A DNA stretch of 64,000 nucleotides from Sedimentisphaerales bacterium (lineage in GTDB: Bacteria; Planctomycetota; Phycisphaerae; Sedimentisphaerales; SM23-30): the NCBI GenBank assembly GCA_963663965.2, contig CAXXFK010000022.1, positions 1 to 64,000 on the forward strand. The letters run 5' to 3'. Every line of letters starts with the position of its first letter. Position 1 is the stretch's first letter. Shown piece after piece: positions 60,396 through 64,000 of the stretch. Position numbers and translations under genes: made by a program. The notes under the pieces were generated by a model. The model worked only from the letters and a program-made list of their open reading frames with translations. It had not been told where the DNA came from and did no database searches.

Positions 60396-62240
60396 TTAAA
60401 GGGACAGGAGCCAGGCGACCAGATCCTGAATTTCCGAATCGGTGAGTTGTTGGGTCCGACCATGTTTGTCATCCGGGTTGAATTTCGTAAAGATATCGGC
60501 TACCGTGGCAGCGCGACCATCATGTAGATAGGGAGCCGTACGCCATAATTCAATCAGAGTTGGGGTGTCAAATGGTTTATTGATTTCACGATATCGTCCG
60601 GTACCGACATCGAACGATTTTAGATTAGTATACAGCTCTCCGCTATGACAAACGGCGCAATTGGTTTTTTCAAAGATGAGTTTGCCCCGTTGCGCGGCGG
60701 GAGTGAGTTGGCCGTCTACCAGATAAGGAGAGGGCATCGGCTGCAATGATTTGAGATAGGCGTCAATCGCCTGGGCATCTTCGTCGGGACGAACGGCAAA
60801 CTGGATATGCCGAATGCCTGCTCGGACGGCAGTTTCGGCGTCGGAACGTACCCCCAGCGACATGGCCGGTGGCGTCTGGTGTGCCAATAACATGGTCCGG
60901 GTATTTTTGGGATTGCCCAGACCATCATTCATTAAATCCCAGTTGAGAGCATCAACCCGGCCATTGTCAGGGTGACAACTGGCACAGCTTTGCCATTTTT
61001 GGAAACATAGTGACGCATCGTTAAAGAATATTTCGCCCTGGCGAACCAGAGATATCTGATCCAAATTTTCGGACAGAGGCCAGGAGGTGGCGCGGGGATG
61101 ACTTGAGTCCAATGGAACCGTACCAATCGAATCGGAGAAATATTCTGATACGTATGCCGTGTTTCTGATGATAGAAACGCCACGGGGGCCCAGACCCTTG
61201 AGTTTGATTCTGGTTTTAATGTCCACTAGAAATGACAAATCGTTCATGACGTAATCGGCAGAACTGGTAACACTGGTGACCCGTTCACCCCGGGCGGCTT
61301 TATCGAGCCTTTCGTGTAATCCGGCCCGGTCAATCAAGCATAGTTCGTGATTTCCGGAAATTGCAATCACAATAGTTTTATTATCGGGGGAAAGGGCGAT
61401 TCCCCAAGGATTGGCTGCTCCCAGATCCACATCGTCCAGAAGGACACTGTTAATCCATTTCGCATTTTTCAGGTCGATGATACTCATGGCATTGGTATTC
61501 ATCCAACCGCGGTCCAACTGAGTTGTGGGTAACTGATATCTGGATATCAGATGTGTCACATAGGCGTATTGATTATCGGCAGTTATCGTTAAACCCGTGA
61601 GTGCTTGAGAACCGTTGGGTAAAGTGATGTTTTTAATGATCGAGAAATCGTCTGGTTTAAGGATGGAAACGGTTGCGGCAGTGTAGTCGCCATCCGCCGC
61701 ACCGGAAGGCAGGAAATTGTTGACCAGTAAATATTGCCCGTCGGGTGACAGGGCAAGAGCGCATGGCTGGCGGAGTACGGTAGTGGCATATTTTTCTTTG
61801 CCTGTTTCGATGTCAAAAGCAGATACCTTATCCGCATAGCGATTGCAGACAAAAATCGTGTCGTCTAATGAATTTAGCGTCAAAACCGTGGGATAATGCC
61901 CGCAGGGGAAACGACGGATAACGGATAAATTCTGTGCATCAATAACAGCAATCTGACCTTTGGGTCCGGATTCTGAAGCAAACAAACGCGTACCATCTTT
62001 GCTCAGGCACAAGCCCGCAACGGGTTGTTCCAGCGAAACAGATTTGTTGATTTTATTTTGATTGATATCAAAGAGGGCGACTTGTCTACCGGTGTTTAAA
62101 GCAACATAGAGATTAAGATTGTCTGGCGACTTTATGATCTCCAGGGGGGATAGATACTCTCCTTGAGCTATTTGACCTGTTAGCAGGAAAGCTAACAAGA
62201 GTAAGACAAATTTAAAACCCCTGGCTCTCTCATGCAACAT
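60396..62240 (-). CDS. Exported YVTN beta-propeller fused to diheme cytochrome c peroxidase-like domain
   Basis: Propeller repeats (ALSPDG, GIALSPD); CASCH and CAVCH; TPTLIELWRTAPYLHDG. Confidence 0.85.
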   Translation of the reverse strand: MLHERARGFKFVLLLLAFLLTGQIAQGEYLSPLEIIKSPDNLNLYVALNTGRQVALFDINQNKINKSVSLEQPVAGLCLSKDGTRLFASESGPKGQIAVIDAQNLSVIRRFPCGHYPTVLTLNSLDDTIFVCNRYADKVSAFDIETGKEKYATTVLRQPCALALSPDGQYLLVNNFLPSGAADGDYTAATVSILKPDDFSIIKNITLPNGSQALTGLTITADNQYAYVTHLISRYQLPTTQLDRGWMNTNAMSIIDLKNAKWINSVLLDDVDLGAANPWGIALSPDNKTIVIAISGNHELCLIDRAGLHERLDKAARGERVTSVTSSADYVMNDLSFLVDIKTRIKLKGLGPRGVSIIRNTAYVSEYFSDSIGTVPLDSSHPRATSWPLSENLDQISLVRQGEIFFNDASLCFQKWQSCASCHPDNGRVDALNWDLMNDGLGNPKNTRTMLLAHQTPPAMSLGVRSDAETAVRAGIRHIQFAVRPDEDAQAIDAYLKSLQPMPSPYLVDGQLTPAAQRGKLIFEKTNCAVCHSGELYTNLKSFDVGTGRYREINKPFDTPTLIELWRTAPYLHDGRAATVADIFTKFNPDDKHGRTQQLTDSEIQDLVAWLLSL

Positions 62241-62575
62241 GTATTGATCCTTTCAGATATTCTGAATAAAACAAATACCAAATTCCATAAAGTTCTTATA
62301 ATACAACAGACTTCACATCTGGTTAATGGGCCAAAGATGCCCAGATAGCTAAATTAAACTGAAAGCATACTCCGGGATTCAATTACCACGATTTCACCGG
62401 TCAATGGTATAGATCAGATCCACAGGGTATCTTTCTTATAACTATACATGAAAACAAGCCTTACAGGCCTGAAATGGTTATGAATATAACACGCTATAGA
62501 GGTGAATCTATTGCATGTGAAATAAAAATAGTTTGCCGGGTCTTTGTTGGGCAGTCCAGATATGCGATAAAAATA

Positions 62576-62603
62576 AAAACCCGCTAACATAGAGGCGGGT
62601 TTT
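62576..62603 (-). terminator. Intrinsic terminator after aroF
   Basis: AAAACCCGC...GCGGGTTTT. Confidence 0.7.
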
Positions 62604-62627
62604 GATACTTCAATCGATGTCTCAATT

Positions 62628-63632
62628 TTAATCCCGGTGTTGTAATAGTTTTGTCGCCCGGGTCATGAGATTTTCGAACATAGGGAGCATGAGCGCCTGG
62701 GCGCCATCACATTTTGCTTTTTCAGGACAAGAGTGCACTTCAACAATCATTCCATCCGCACCTGCGGCAAGTCCTGCCAGGGCAAGATGGATCACCAGAT
62801 CGCGATGACCGGCGGCATGGGATGGATCGACGATCACGGGCAGGTGAGTATTGCGTTTAGCCAAGGCAATTGCTCCGACATCAAGGGTATAACGCATTTC
62901 GGTTTCGAATCCCTGGCTACCGCGTTCACAAAGAACAACATTTTGGTTTCCCCCACTGAGGATGTATTCAGCGCTCATGAGCCAGTCTTTTACAGAGTTG
63001 GCAGGTCCACGTTTGAGTAAGACCGGTTTTCGGGTTTTCCCGATTTCACTTAGCAGGACAAAATTTTGCATATTGCGAGCGCCGATTTGGAGCATATCCG
63101 CGTATTGGCAGACAAGATCGACATTACGAGGATCGGTAATTTCGGTAACGACGGGAAGGTTAAATTCATCAGAACAATCTCGAAGAATTTTCAACCCATC
63201 TTCACCGAGGCCTTGAAAGCTATAGGGACTGGTACGGGGTTTAAAGGCACCTCCCCGCAACATATTGGCGCCGGCCTTTTTTACTGCCTGGGCAATATCG
63301 AAGCATTGTTCGCGACTTTCCACGGCGCAGGGTCCGGCAATATAGCCGAAATTCCCTGAACCAATAGAAACATGTTTAATTTGAACAATAGAGTTGGTTG
63401 GATTGAAGTCGCGACTGGCCAGTTTATACGGGCGCATAATCGGCATGACCTTTTCGACACCATCAATGCTCGATAATAAATCCTGCAAGTTAACATTTTC
63501 TTCGCCCATGGCACCAATGATAGTGCGGAATTCTCCCTGGGAGACGTGAGTGCGAAAACCCAGTTGTTCGATCCGTTCGCAAACATGATCAATAGTAGCC
63601 TGGGAGGAGCCGGATTTCATTACTACTAACAT
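62628..63632 (-). CDS. aroF: DAHP synthase, type I-beta with N-terminal regulatory domain
   Basis: IAGPCAVES, RGGAFKPRTSPYSFQGLG, QIGARNMQN, LCERG, VDPSHAAG. Confidence 0.95.
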   Translation of the reverse strand: MLVVMKSGSSQATIDHVCERIEQLGFRTHVSQGEFRTIIGAMGEENVNLQDLLSSIDGVEKVMPIMRPYKLASRDFNPTNSIVQIKHVSIGSGNFGYIAGPCAVESREQCFDIAQAVKKAGANMLRGGAFKPRTSPYSFQGLGEDGLKILRDCSDEFNLPVVTEITDPRNVDLVCQYADMLQIGARNMQNFVLLSEIGKTRKPVLLKRGPANSVKDWLMSAEYILSGGNQNVVLCERGSQGFETEMRYTLDVGAIALAKRNTHLPVIVDPSHAAGHRDLVIHLALAGLAAGADGMIVEVHSCPEKAKCDGAQALMLPMFENLMTRATKLLQHRD

Positions 63633-63681
63633 GGAATAATATCCTTTGTAAAATTATGGCAGATAAAGGTGAGAATAGAAT

Positions 63682-64000
63682 TTAAAGCACTTCTGACGCA
63701 ATGGGATAGCTACCTAAAACAGTGAGCTGAGTGCAGTGGGTACGGGCGTCTTCGATCGCTTTCTGCACGTGTTTATCCGTTTTATGCCCTAAGGCATCCG
63801 CAAAGAAATGATATTCCTGCTGACGTTTGCGGCTGGGACGGCTTTCGATATTAGTCAGATTGACATCGTACCATTGGAAAATTTTTAGTACGTCGACTAA
63901 TGCGCCGGCTTTGTCTTTGGTGCTGAAGACCATAGAGGTTTTGTCTTTGCCGGTTGGGCGGGCGGATTCGCGGCCAATAACAAAAAATCGAGTTACGTTA
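63682..64000 (-). CDS. pheA: Prephenate dehydratase, C-terminal ACT domain (partial; runs off the window)
   Basis: NVTRFFVIG upstream of DKTS, VNLTNIESRPS, LGSYP. Confidence 0.9.
   Translation of the reverse strand, partial: NVTRFFVIGRESARPTGKDKTSMVFSTKDKAGALVDVLKIFQWYDVNLTNIESRPSRKRQQEYHFFADALGHKTDKHVQKAIEDARTHCTQLTVLGSYPIASEVL

Overview
Bacterial chromosomal window, most likely Planctomycetota (Phycisphaerae/Sedimentisphaerales-like). This is inferred from an ECF sigma/FecR pair, an HzsA-like protein, an H-X-DG prepilin-like protein and LamG/dockerin-like exported proteins. From left to right it holds: (1) a type II secretion operon, gspE-F-G-H-I-J-K-L-M-like (1-8.7 kb); (2) a flavodoxin, an ECF sigma/FecR anti-sigma pair, a secreted LamG protein and an apiosidase-like hydrolase; (3) a lower-GC patchwork (16.2-22.4 kb) with a single-ORF IS66 that lacks a target duplication and has decapitated genes on both sides; (4) a near-consensus sigma70 promoter, a ~0.9 kb non-coding run of heterogeneous REP-like hairpins and an orphan 'ANRRNAQKSTGPKT' gene; (5) several genes frameshifted at homopolymers, probably assembly errors; (6) large secreted GH76 and redoxin-subtilase proteins and a DUF3592/SPFH operon; (7) a pilin-pilin-FimT-secretin-TPR-kinase-receiver-HD-GYP cluster; (8) a dnaA with no adjacent dnaN, then housekeeping genes ending in aroF and pheA. 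The most unusual signal is at 22.4-24.4 kb. There the promoter, hairpin array and orphan gene sit just before a sharp C-rich to G-rich skew flip between two same-strand genes. The polarity is that of a replication origin, but no DnaA-box cluster is visible and dnaA is 31 kb away. All family calls come from motif recognition by eye; no searches were run.
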